From the NCBI RefSeq assembly GCF_041146345.1, contig NW_027191408.1:1116001-1180000 (forward strand): a stretch of DNA of 64,000 nucleotides. The letters are read 5' to 3'. Positions 41,532 through 52,490 of the stretch are shown here, in pieces (position 1 is the stretch's first letter; each line of letters starts with the position of its first letter). The notes under the pieces were generated by a model. The model was not told the DNA's origin and made no database searches. It saw only the letters and a program-made list of their open reading frames with translations. The translations under genes and the position numbers were made by a program. This DNA is from Neodothiora populina. Taxonomy: Eukaryota.

Positions 41532-42879
41532 ATGTTCGCTGCTCGTCAGGCTTTCGGTGCCGTTCAGAGAAGGGCCTTCTCTGCCACCGCTCGTGATGTA
41601 AGTGCGCATCCTATAGCTTCGCAGCAGCATTCACTGGCCGCTCTCAATGATGCCAATTGCGCCTGTGGCATGCGCGGATGTCTTGTGCTTCTATAGAGAG
41701 TAAATACTGATGATTTTCTGTGCGGCTTCAGGCTTCCAAGGTCGCCGTTCTCGGTGCCGGTGGCGGTATTGGCCAGCCTCTGTCTCTCCTCCTCAAGCTC
41801 AACCCTCGCGTGACTGAGCTCGCTCTTTACGACATCAAGGGTGCTCCCGGTAAGTCACGAATTTGAAATCAGGACCACTAGAAGGCAATGTGAGCGTCTG
41901 CTGATACTCAATCCTACAGGTGTCGCCGCCGATGTCTCCCACGTCAACACCAAGTCTGTCGTACGTCATCAGTATTTCCTCGACCTTTCGAGTATCTTCA
42001 AATGGACCGGATCATTAATCAATTCGCCTACAGGTCAAGGGCTACGAGCAGGCCGATGTTGCCTCGTGCTTGAAGGGCGCTGAGATCGTCCTCATCCCCG
42101 CCGGTGTCCCCCGCAAGCCTGGCATGACCCGTGACGACCTTTTCAACACCAACGCCTCCATCGTTCGTGACCTCGCAAAGGCCGCCGCCGAGAACTGCCC
42201 CAACGCTAACATTCTCATTATCGCCAACCCTGTATGTCCTGCTGCTTGAGACAGTGACAAAAGAAAAGCGGAATTGACAAAGATACAGGTCAACTCGACT
42301 GTACCCATCACCGCCGAGGTCTTCAAGAGTAAGGGTGTCTACGACCCCAAGCGTCTTTTCGGTGTCACCACCCTCGACATCGTCCGTGCCTCCCGCTTCA
42401 TCTCTCAGCTCAAGGGCACCGATCCCGCCAACGAGAACATCACCGTCATCGGTGGTCACTCCGGCGCCACCATCGTTCCCCTTCTCTCCCAGGCTGGCTA
42501 CAACCTCGAGGGCGAGGAGCGTGATGCCTACATCAAGCGCGTCCAATTCGGTGGTGATGAGGTCGTTCAGGCCAAGGGTGGAGCTGGCTCTGCCACTCTC
42601 TCCATGGCCATGGCTGGTGCCCGCTTCGCCGAGTCCCTGCTCAAGGCTGCTCAGGGCGAGAAGGGTGTCGTCGAGTGCACTTTCGTCGACTCTCCTCTCT
42701 TCAAGGACCAGGGCATCGACTTCTTCTCTTCCCAGGTCGAGCTCGGCCCCAACGGTGTCGAGAAGATCCACCCCGTCGGCAAGGTCACCGAGTACGAGCA
42801 GAAGCTCCTCGATGCCTGCCTCAAAGACCTTAAGGGCAACATCACCAAGGGTGTCAAGTTCGTCCAGGAGAACCCTTAA
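41532..42879 (+). CDS. mdh1: Mitochondrial NAD-dependent malate dehydrogenase, ~337 aa; exons 41532-41597, 41732-41849, 41920-41960, 42034-42231, 42289-42879
   Basis: Presequence [100 protein letters not shown]; four canonical introns; strong C-ending codon bias. Confidence 0.97.
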
Positions 42880-43066
42880 ATGCTGACATTTCTTGAAAAT
42901 TTGTCACGAATTGTATAATACGTATGAAGGATGGAAGCCCTTGGGAAAGTCTAGGTTTTTATGAAATCAACAATCAAGATTTGGCCATTCCACTCTTACT
43001 TTCTGAGAAAGGAGGAGGAGCATTGCGACCTGTGATGGCTTAGATGACATTCGTAGACATCCAATC

Positions 43067-45910
43067 TATAAATCTCTTGTCGTTTCCTGTGGACACTTAC
43101 GCTTGTGTGATTTGCCATTGAGCCGTGTGATGGGCTAGGACATCGGGAACGCAAGTACCGAGAGGTGGATGAGAGATAGAACAACCCCAGTCTGGTCAGT
43201 CCTGGGCACTAGTCACCTAGAGCTGCAAGGCACGCTGGATCTCTTCGCTTCCATGGATGGGAACAGACGTGTAGAGATTCAAGCCGCGGAACACCCATGC
43301 TCGTCGGATCCATGGTGGCAGATTTGACTGAGAAGTTGCAGACGTAGTCTGCCGACAAGCTTTATGTCATGAGTGCTCCGTATGGAGCAGAACATACACA
43401 AACATTCCACGGGAGAGGCTTGCGTCACTCGCTGAATCGGGTGTACTGTTGTGAAGTCTATCTCAACATCTAACGAGACCCTGTAGTCATCGAAGATCCG
43501 CATTGACATGTTGGTCCTGGAGACCTGAATCGCGACATGGTGGAAAAAGCTTGCCGAGCTCATTTTCGTGCTGTCGTCCCGATCCGGGGACATCGACATG
43601 ACAAATCAATCAACAGAGACACAGGCACCCTTGGTTGCTGATCCCGTCCATCCTTGATGGCCGAGATACGAGCTAGGATCGGACACTGTGATGCTCATAA
43701 TGATAGTCGCTTTGCGCTTCACTACCTTAATTCATAGGTGATTTCTCGCTTGCTTCAATTACAGTGCTCATTTAGGTTCGTGCCGTTCGGCTACCGCTCC
43801 CGCTCGACGTCGGCTCATAAGTGCTCAGGCGATGCTGGGCAAAGCGACAACTGTTCGCTAATCGCCACTTCATCTTCATATTTGGTTGATCAAATTGTCG
43901 CTCTTGTCGATGCCATTTCATGCCGAGCTCGGCGACATTCATGCATACAGGACACCTCGACAATTGATCAGCGTCTGATGATGCGGAATCGGCAAAGCGG
44001 AGCCCGGGCCTCGCGCGGACTCTACTTGTATTGCAAAACACTCTCGTCATATATCATTGGCCGATACTATAGGCTCGGTCCAATCTAGAAATTAATTTCT
44101 CCACAAAGAGTGGTATGATAGATCATCCGTGGAACCTGTAATCTCGTCAGACGGGAGATAGGCCCATGGCTCTGTGTACCTCTGAGATCCCGCGTCAACC
44201 AGGGGGCACATGCGGTACGCTCACGCAATTGCCAAAGAGGATGATTGCTTGCTGCTACCCGGATCACCATGGCTTGATTGGATCGCAGATCTCTTCTGAT
44301 CAATTCTCAATGGCAAGTGCGCAATTACCTCAATGAGGGATCCATTTAGGTTGGGCTCCTAGCTACAGAACTGGAAAAGGATTATCGAAGTGCCTCAGAC
44401 GTATAATGCACCGAATCAAGATTCTGTGACCTGCCGAATCGAGCTGTGGGCGTCGTAAGTTATGTCCCTTATCGTCGATGGGGCCGTAATCAAATGTATC
44501 CTTGCGACTGTTGCAGCGACCCAATCTATTGGGTATATGTCGCAATTATGGTTTCACACTACTTCGAACCCCATGCAGACATGCACTGTACGATTCAGTA
44601 ACGGCATGCGTGGCTCTACGAGGGCAACCGCCATACAGCTTCTACACGTCCATTTATCGCGGGTCTGATCTTTGCCGTAAGGGATTTTCTGTGAACAGGG
44701 CACGACATGCATCGCTCCACCCACCGGTGGACCCAGTTATGATAGCACGAATATCGAGTGCAAATTACTTGCCATCGTGAATGACTCGCCTCTTCAATGA
44801 GCTTCAATGCAGGGGTATGTGGCGAGCCGGTCACACGGGGCCCCGTCCGTAACATACACCTCTGTGCAGTGGGGACTGGGCACTCAAACTCGAGTCATAT
44901 CACTGCAACCTCAACAAACCGCCTGCTAACTACAATGCATGGTAGCAATTCGATGTAGACCATATTCTGGGTGCTACCATACTTAAATCAGCACCGGTTC
45001 TGTCATCTGGTTTCCGGGTTCGAGAATAAGAACTAATGCGTGCGGTAACGCGGCAATGCGTCTAAACCAAGATATCCAAGCCATAAAAGTTCTCTCTCGC
45101 TCTACCATCACCTCAATTGCTCGGCAGCCAGAGCCACCATGTTACGCATGGGTGCATGAAATGGATGATCATAGGGTAACCTGCATCGTTAGTGGGCCGC
45201 GTTCGTAGATCCTGCGATCTCAACAAGCCATAAGGTATACCGTTCGTCCACCGCCGCTACCCAATCTTATTTCGGCGGATACCATGATCCGAGTATATCA
45301 ACGGCTAACGTAGAATTGACTAGGGTAATTTGATGGTACCGCGTGTGGTCATGCCGATCATTTGTGTATGACCATGTTTTCGCGCGACGACATGGTGGGC
45401 GTTCATGGCGGTTCCACCCTCGCTTCTATCCGCTGTCAATACCCCGAGCTGAACATGTCATGTCTGCACTTATGTCTACTCAACCCTTGATTGTCTAACG
45501 GTGTCATGGTCCTGATTATGCATGCCACGAGCATGATTCATGCGGTATTTGCCTTACAGACCACAAACGAGACCGTCAAGGCTTAAGGGTACAATTTCAT
45601 GCCGGCACCCGTTGAAGCAGGGTCTCATACATGACCCAGATTTCGAGTGGACGAGAGAGTCGAGATATATATCGCTCTTCGTAATGACAGACCAGGTCTG
45701 GCTCTCCGCTGTGCTCTCTTTCCCAAGTGTACAGCAGTGTTGCATTTCGACGAGCGTTGATGATCAGCAGCCCCTCTCATCTACGTCGGGGTCCAATACT
45801 TCGGTACATCCAAAGACATCGTGTTGCTAGCGGCCGCACACAGAAGTAGCAGCGCTGTTCCGCAGATTCCTCGACGTCGAGTGCACTTCAACGAGGGCTT
45901 GTGTCCTGGT
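43067..45910 (+). ncRNA. Candidate structured long non-coding RNA block 0 (boundaries approximate)
   Basis: TATAAA at 43067, no credible ORF, many stems seen by eye (e.g. perfect 10 bp 43706-43715/43839-43848; 15 bp 43885-43900/43958-43972). Not computationally folded; strand inferred from TATA orientation. Confidence 0.3.
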
Positions 45911-46317
45911 CTTCGCTCCTCGCGAGACTTTTGACTCCATTGTCATCATAGTCGGCTGTTGTCGATCAACTACTATTTCCAAGACTTGCTGAGGCGACCA
46001 GAGGCACAGCGAACGCGACCGAACACACAGCCCACTTTGCTGCGCCGTCTTTGCACCGCAAGTATTTTGCTTCTCCTCACTTCAACGAACAAAACCTCGA
46101 GTGCTCCCAATTCTCTTCAGTACAGGACACTCCTTTCCTTCCAGCACTTTAGTTCCTCTACATATCTGACTGATCATCCGTGACGTCTGGTGGTCGTGAT
46201 AGACCGCACCGACTGGGAGTGAGCAGAGGGACATCGCCCCGACCATCTTGCTCCGGTCTGCATACACATATAGCCTCGACCACCCACCAAAAAGGTCGAC
46301 GGGGTCGATAGCTCAAG

Positions 46318-47258
46318 ATGGCAAACAACTTCTATGATGAGAGACTCATCTCGCTTCTCCAACGTATCGAAGACAGGGAGACTGCAGGAAAATTCGTCTC
46401 AATGCTGGACAACCTACAAAATTCAGCCAGCGACGTGAATGAGACGATAGCATTCTTAAGGAAACTGTTCACGTACAGCGAGGAGGAACAAAGGCTTCTC
46501 CTGTCCCATCGCAATCTACAAAAGCACTTGCATGTCGCGTGCAACCGTAAAAGCCCTCGTCAGTATTTCTCCAGTCTGTCGAAAATCGGTCGTGCTGACT
46601 TTACTGGAAAGAGCGTCCTGCTACTCAGACAATGCCGAATGAGCCCACACCGATCCAACCCGTCAAAAGAAACTCGAAGAAACAGCGCACTGGCAAGCTT
46701 GGGGCAAAGATTCCTCGATCCACTGTCAACTGCACTGAAAAGAATTGCAGTAACGTCTACAGAAAGGAAAGATTCCTTAGAGAGCACCTTGTGCTTGGCC
46801 ATGGCGATTCGAGAGACTCGGCTAGTGACCGAGCGAAAGCCGCCTTCGCCCAAATGCGAGGTGAACATCACACCAGACCGAGTCTCATATCTGAAGCGTC
46901 CTCGAATCGCCCACCATCTCAGATGCTCAGCGATGTCACCGGCTGCGCAAGCTCCGAAGCCGAGCTGCTGCTAGTGTCGCCCAACAATAATAACAACAAT
47001 AACAACATGTACAACAACACTTTGTCTCGGTCCACTTCAGCCCCAAGCTTCATGAACGTATACAGTCCAATTGCAGCAGTGAACGGCGACACCACTCGGA
47101 TGGATCCACAATACAGCTCGTCTTATTTTTACCCCAATGGGCAAATTCCTTGGTCTGCGAATTTGACCGACATGAACAATCCGCCTCCGTCGGGGGCTGA
47201 CACGCGCCTTGTGACACTTTACCCACCGCAACAATACGCCGAGATGCACTGGAATTGA
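46318..47258 (+). CDS. Orphan single C2H2 zinc-finger protein A, ~295 aa; exons 46318-46558, 46612-47258
   Basis: Intron 46559-46611 (GTCAGT..GCTGAC..AAG) joins two ORFs in frame; basic patch KRNSKKQRTGK; finger CTEKNCSNVYRKERFLREHLVLGH (46731 onward); poly-Asn and low-complexity tail. Confidence 0.75.
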
Positions 47259-47554
47259 CGTCTGTCGTACGAACTCTAAGTGAGTGACAGCGCCATGAAA
47301 GTCGATAATGCTGCAGCAAGAGCCAGTCAGGACGAAGTCTGACCACAAGCGCATATCGAACAAAAGATATAAAGATTCTCCTATGTTTTGAGCCTCTCAC
47401 GACTAGTATGATCCATTACTCTGCCACGCGGAGATGGTGAACACCTTGTGGAGGAGATACACAAACCATGTTCTCTGTTTCTGCATTCGCTCTTGGATTA
47501 TTTTCTTTTGTTCGGCAGGATACCCATTGCTGCGATTTATTTCTACCGCGCTCT

Positions 47555-48410
47555 TATAAACTCATTCCTATATACACAAAACATAGTCATTCAACATGTT
47601 TGAAAACCAAAGTCTTCGATCTGCGGTCTTCAGTCTGGGCAGTCTTATGCACAACCATTCTCGACTTGCTTCTAGACCAAGCATGCTTGTACCAAGCGTC
47701 GCACAATAGTCCAGGCCAGTCCAAGTTCTGGCACTGGCGCTGTTTCTTTAAGCTTATGCACGTAACGCACCCTGCAAAGTCACAGTGCAAGACTGGACGG
47801 AAGGACGGGGCGGGCGGCGCGGGCAGCGGCTTGTCCTTCCCGTCGACGATCCAAACGACGGGGTCTCGCGGCGGGCGGCCGGGCGGGCTTCTCGATCCGA
47901 ACATCCCGATAACGAAGGAAAGTCAGAAAATCCCCCGGGGTGAAAACCAACTGCTTTCCCACCGCACTTCTCGAACGAGGGCCGCTTCGCCAACGTACAG
48001 CAGTGCCGTGCAGGGAAGTGCAGGGCAGTGCAGGGCAAGGGCTCCTTCGTATATCGGTAAAACCTGTCGATTTGCATCTGTGTGCCACATTTTCCCATGC
48101 GCTCTCACGTAGTAGAACGGCCAAGAACTGAAATGGGTCGTAATTCCTTCCCGCTGGGTAAGCTTAACCTAATCTGAAAAACGGTGCATGAACTTGAAGA
48201 TGCCGCGCGCGCGCTGCTGTACTACACTACTGGACTGGGGGTTTTCCATTTGGGGGGGGCGGAAGCCATTCACGCCCCCAAGGTCCATGCGATACATGTG
48301 TACTTGACCTTAATTACACACGGGATGAGCTCCACGTTGGATTTAGCGTCGGGCCTATTGTACCAGCGTCATGGAACCACCACAATGATATATTGGGGAT
48401 TTTGAGCTAC
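47555..48410 (+). ncRNA. Candidate structured RNA block 1 (possible paralog of block 2)
   Basis: TATAAA 47555; 14-bp stems 47796-47809/47830-47844 and 47906-47919/48043-48057; shares the two-part motif with 49392-49627. Confidence 0.35.
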
Positions 48411-48901
48411 TGTAGTGTGCTTTCTTCGAGGTCAATGATCCTTTGTACGATGATAAGCACGAGTCAAACTTCAAATGTTTCTCCAACCTGCTGAGACGAT
48501 GTCCAAACATGCGACGATGACGGCGCGGATTTCACCCCAATCTGCAATGCCAAATGCACTGCCCGTTCGCGATGCAACCCTGCGATGTGTGGTGATCGTT
48601 ACAGCAGGCTTGCCAGCCCAGTCAGCCAAGCCGTCCACACAGAGCAGAGGATAAGAGAGATTACCTTCAAGGCTGCAGTGCAGGGACGGGGGTGTGCACT
48701 ACGTCTCTCCAGATCTGTAGCTTTTCTTGCTTTGCTCTTCCGGGTCTTTGGGTTTCGAGTGAGTGCTAGATGTGACCACTCCTATCATGAAAGCCTTCTC
48801 TCCGCCGTTTCGAACAATGGTAGCGTGGCAATTTAGCTGCCGTATTTAAGGTTGAGTACTACACCGCTCGAACAGCACAATGGCACTGCAGTCTTTCGGT
48901 T

Positions 48902-49740
48902 TATAAATAGTCTTCGACCGTTTCCTCAGATCTTGATCTGGAGAATCATGTCCAGATAGCACGAAGGTAGGAGAAAGTCGGGCCCTGCGAGAAGAAGGAA
49001 GCGCATAGGGTCGAGTTTGGGGGCTTAGGCTAAACCCAGATAGGGAAACGCAACACGGCGATGTGAGGGTGTATCCTCTGCCTCACGATTAGACACCCCT
49101 TCTCTCTGCTAAGGGACGCCTTTTCTGTTCACCGTCTCGTCATGCCTGGTTCTTGAGTCGCGAGGGCAGACCACACGCACCTACTCACCGCCAATTCGTG
49201 AGAGAGGGAGTGATGGTCTTGCTAGACCTAAGGTCCTTGAGGGACCTCGATAAGGCCGAGGCCCTGTTCAAGTGGCTTGAACACGACGGAGCCACTCCCC
49301 GTTAGCACTGCGCTGCCGGAGTGAACACCTACGAGCGGATGCGGACACTAGACGGTCTACGTGAGGCAAGCAGCTGCCCCCAATGGCTTCTTGTCGATTT
49401 TGCATCCTTCCATATGTGGCACATTTCTGGCGAACCAGGGTCCGGAGTCTACACTGGGAGGAGCCCAGAATTTGGTCAGCGCTGGGCTGGGATCCAACGG
49501 ATGTCGAATGCCGGCCAAACCAGTAGCGATTGCAGAAAGGGCATACGGGCATTTCGACCCCTTTTGATTGCCGGACCATAGTAAAAGCCGGTGATATGTA
49601 GGATGGGGGCGGATGGATTTTGTGCGTGCGGAAAAGTTGGTAGACCTCGCCTTTTGAAACAATGGGCGATAAACTCTACTGTTTGGTTGGCGCAGTCCAC
49701 CATCCTTTTCGGCTCTAGAGGCAGGCGAGGGACATGCATG
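48902..49740 (+). ncRNA. Candidate structured RNA block 2 (possible paralog of block 1)
   Basis: TATAAA 48902; dense hairpins including a multibranch domain at 49206-49299; shares the two-part motif with 48065-48349. Confidence 0.4.
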
Positions 49741-50306
49741 GACAATATATATCCCGCTTCAGCTTCTCAAGCATCGATAGCGCATCGATAACGCCTTCCC
49801 TCGGCTTGTAATGCCGTCCTTCGTTACATGACGTGGCTAATCCACAAGCAAAGCAATTAGAAATGGTATTCTGTACGTGAAATACAGCCTCGTAATCTAT
49901 CGGGTATCTAGAGCAAATGTGATCGGAAAAAAGCGCCAGCAATTAAAATATCAGGAAAATTATGTGTCCATAATCAAATCATCTCAATGTCAGGGCATGC
50001 AGTGGTTAAGGGAAAGTCGAAGTCATGATGCAAAGGAAATAGATGTCATCGAAGATGACTCGGTAGGAAACATGATGACACTCTGAGAATGGAAAAACGT
50101 CTGAATCCATGAGTGCATCTCGATCGCTTGCCTGTGTCCAGGGCATCTCGCTGGCTCACAAGACAGCGCGATCGGGGATCACCGGGAGGCAACTGGTCTT
50201 CCACATGGATCGTGTCATGTTTACAATACTGTCGACATGTGTTTGTGTATGAGTGGATGGTGCAAGGGGGGCCATCATACAATCGTGGTTGTCGCACACC
50301 CTTGTT

Positions 50307-51562
50307 TCACATGTTTCTCAACGATAAATCGTCGAAGGTGGTGTACGGCTGGGTATCAGCGAAGCTGTTACCAGTAGGGTCCGTGGTCACGCCAAACAGA
50401 TTATCCTCGAGATTCGTACGGGTCTGTTCTTGTACACTATTGTTCAGTGCATCCGTAACTTGGAATGTGTCCGACGCGATGAGGTCTAGATCCATTGTGG
50501 TGGAGTCAGGATACCTGAAGGACCCCGATTCAGATGCCCAACCTCCGACTCCGCCAAGCTGTTGTATAGTTCGCGGATGAGTAGGCTGCAATTCGAACCC
50601 GATCGCAGTGTTTACGTCGGGATCTGGTGTATTTGCTGGAAGACTAGACGTCAAGTCCATATCAGGTTTGGTGTCGAAGAGCTGTTTTGCAATATATTTT
50701 GCGTCTTCCACCTCCTTGTGATGTACCAACGCGAGATGCTCTCTCAAGCCTCGAGCTCTCTTGTACACTCTATCACAGTCTTCAGGGCATTGGATGGTGG
50801 GGACCTGTGAAGATCTTGTTGATACAGATGATTGGTAAGAAAGGTTTGCATGGTAGCCCACTTGAAGTCCAGGTGTTGTCACTGCAGCGTTGCCACGAGA
50901 GGATGAGGAGATCATGATCGGAGCTGCACTAGTAAGACTTGAGCCTGCTGACTGGTATCCACTACTTGCTCTTCCAGAAGTATCTAAAACAAGGTCAGAT
51001 TAATGAACATGGATGGGTATATGTTTGACTTACAGTGCTGAGAGAAAACAAGGCGAAAACTTCCTTCTGGATCTGGATCCGTAATAATGGTTTGTACTGC
51101 CAGTGCATGCAACCCGGCTTTGCGGGCCAGATCTGTTGCAATGTATCGATGATGGTGAATTACATTGATGAGGTTGAAGGCCTTTTCAATACCAATTTCC
51201 ATGAGTACAGCCGAGCAGCCTCTGTCAGATGGGGATGTAGGTACAGATGAAATTATCCCAGTAGAAGGAGTCACAAGTATTATCCCCATTCTCTCTGGAA
51301 TCAAGGAATACCATACTTTGCAGATGTTGGAGACGTTGATCTCGGGAATACAGATATATCGTATCCTACCACCAAATTTTCGATGGAGTCTTAAAACCAA
51401 TATGTTGCCGGTGCCTTCTGCTATTGTGTCGCATATTATGACTTGTTGATGCTCAAGAAGAGGTAGCGAGATGTTGTACTCTTGCCTGAGCGCATCCAAC
51501 TCGATCCTCCATGCCTGAAAGAGTGACGGGATGATGATGGAATCTTTGAATGGTTGTGACAT
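50307..51562 (-). CDS. Orphan single C2H2 zinc-finger protein B, ~401 aa; exons 51562-51034, 50983-50307
   Basis: Intron 51033-50984 (GTAAGT..TCTGAC..TAG) fuses the 192-aa and 202-aa ORFs in frame; finger CPEDCDRVYKRARGLREHLALVH (50789 downward); acidic tail. Confidence 0.75.
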
Positions 51563-52490
51563 CCGGGAAATTGTGTAGAAGTGAGTATCAAGATACTTGT
51601 TCGGCGAAGTGGGAGATAGCTGAGAGATGACTCGGTTGATCCAGAGGAGTGATGGGTTTGGGCAACAGAGGTTTACATCTCAAAGCCAGTCTGTGGCGCC
51701 CCAGGCTAGGTACTTTAGTATTTGACTTGTACTTCAAATGCAAATTCAGGCGAACTTAAAGTGGAGAAGCCAATACAAGTCACGTCAGATGACCATCTAC
51801 AGCATGGCCGAGCCACAAATGCCATTTCTCGAGTCTAAGCGCTGTTTGATCGAACCAAACCAATGGAGGACTCTCGAAAGGCCGTCTCCGGTCATTTCCA
51901 TCGAAAGACAGCGACGCTACTTAGACACTAATAGCTTGCCGGCAGTAAGTGACTTTGAGAGGCTCGGGTCGTTTCTGCTCATTCGTCTATCATACGACCC
52001 GGTGTAGCGAAGCGTGACACATGTCACTCTCCTGGAGTCGACCGGCGTCTGGAAGCCGCATCGCCTTCGTCTGCACAGCGTTTCAGAAAGTCGCCACACT
52101 GACAAAGTCGACTTTTTGTCAGAATTCCTCTGATAGTCTTGCGAAAGCTACTACTAGAGTAGCATTTGTCCTGTAGCCTTCAATAAGAAACCGATTTGAA
52201 GTATTGGACGGTCATCGAAATTCTTCCGAGGTCGAAGTCCCCGCCTTTAGTGAACATAACGGGGTATCAGCGTAACTGTACTCAAGCCTTTTCCTGTCAT
52301 AAACGGTTTCTTAGCATCCATGGCACTTCAATGCCGGTATGTTACCAGTCAACATGAGGTGGCCTGACACTAAAAGAGACCACAGTGTGTGAGTACACTA
52401 GTTGCAGCTCGCGCTCAAATTGCAGCGCAACTTCCAACATTCTAGACAACCCAAACCTTTGCCTACTAAGGTGGTCCATGGCACACGACC

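Noticed and set aside
43500..45640. Apparent enrichment of ACATG in the candidate ncRNA blocks
   Set aside because: I counted 9 copies here but about 12 in 14-19 kb, so it looks like general compositional bias rather than a specific motif.
47468..48131. Overlapping 100-214 aa ORFs on both strands
   Set aside because: A by-product of local high GC and repeats; no domain, no codon bias, mutually overlapping frames.
49067..49117. HDV-like ribozyme resemblance (GGGTGT/ACACCC, ...GCTAAGGGA)
   Set aside because: Lacks the GG needed for P1.1 after P1', the L3 consensus and a P4; a competing GTGAGG/CCTCAC hairpin explains the sequence.
49206..49299. tRNA or tRNA-Sec gene
   Set aside because: The anticodon-equivalent loop is too short, the GTTCAA is locked in an 8-bp hairpin, and its spacing to the acceptor 3' strand is wrong.
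52234..52270. GAAGTCCCCG...AACGGGG resembling the RNase MRP P4 halves
   Set aside because: The halves are only ~20 nt apart, far too close for MRP RNA; a simple hairpin.
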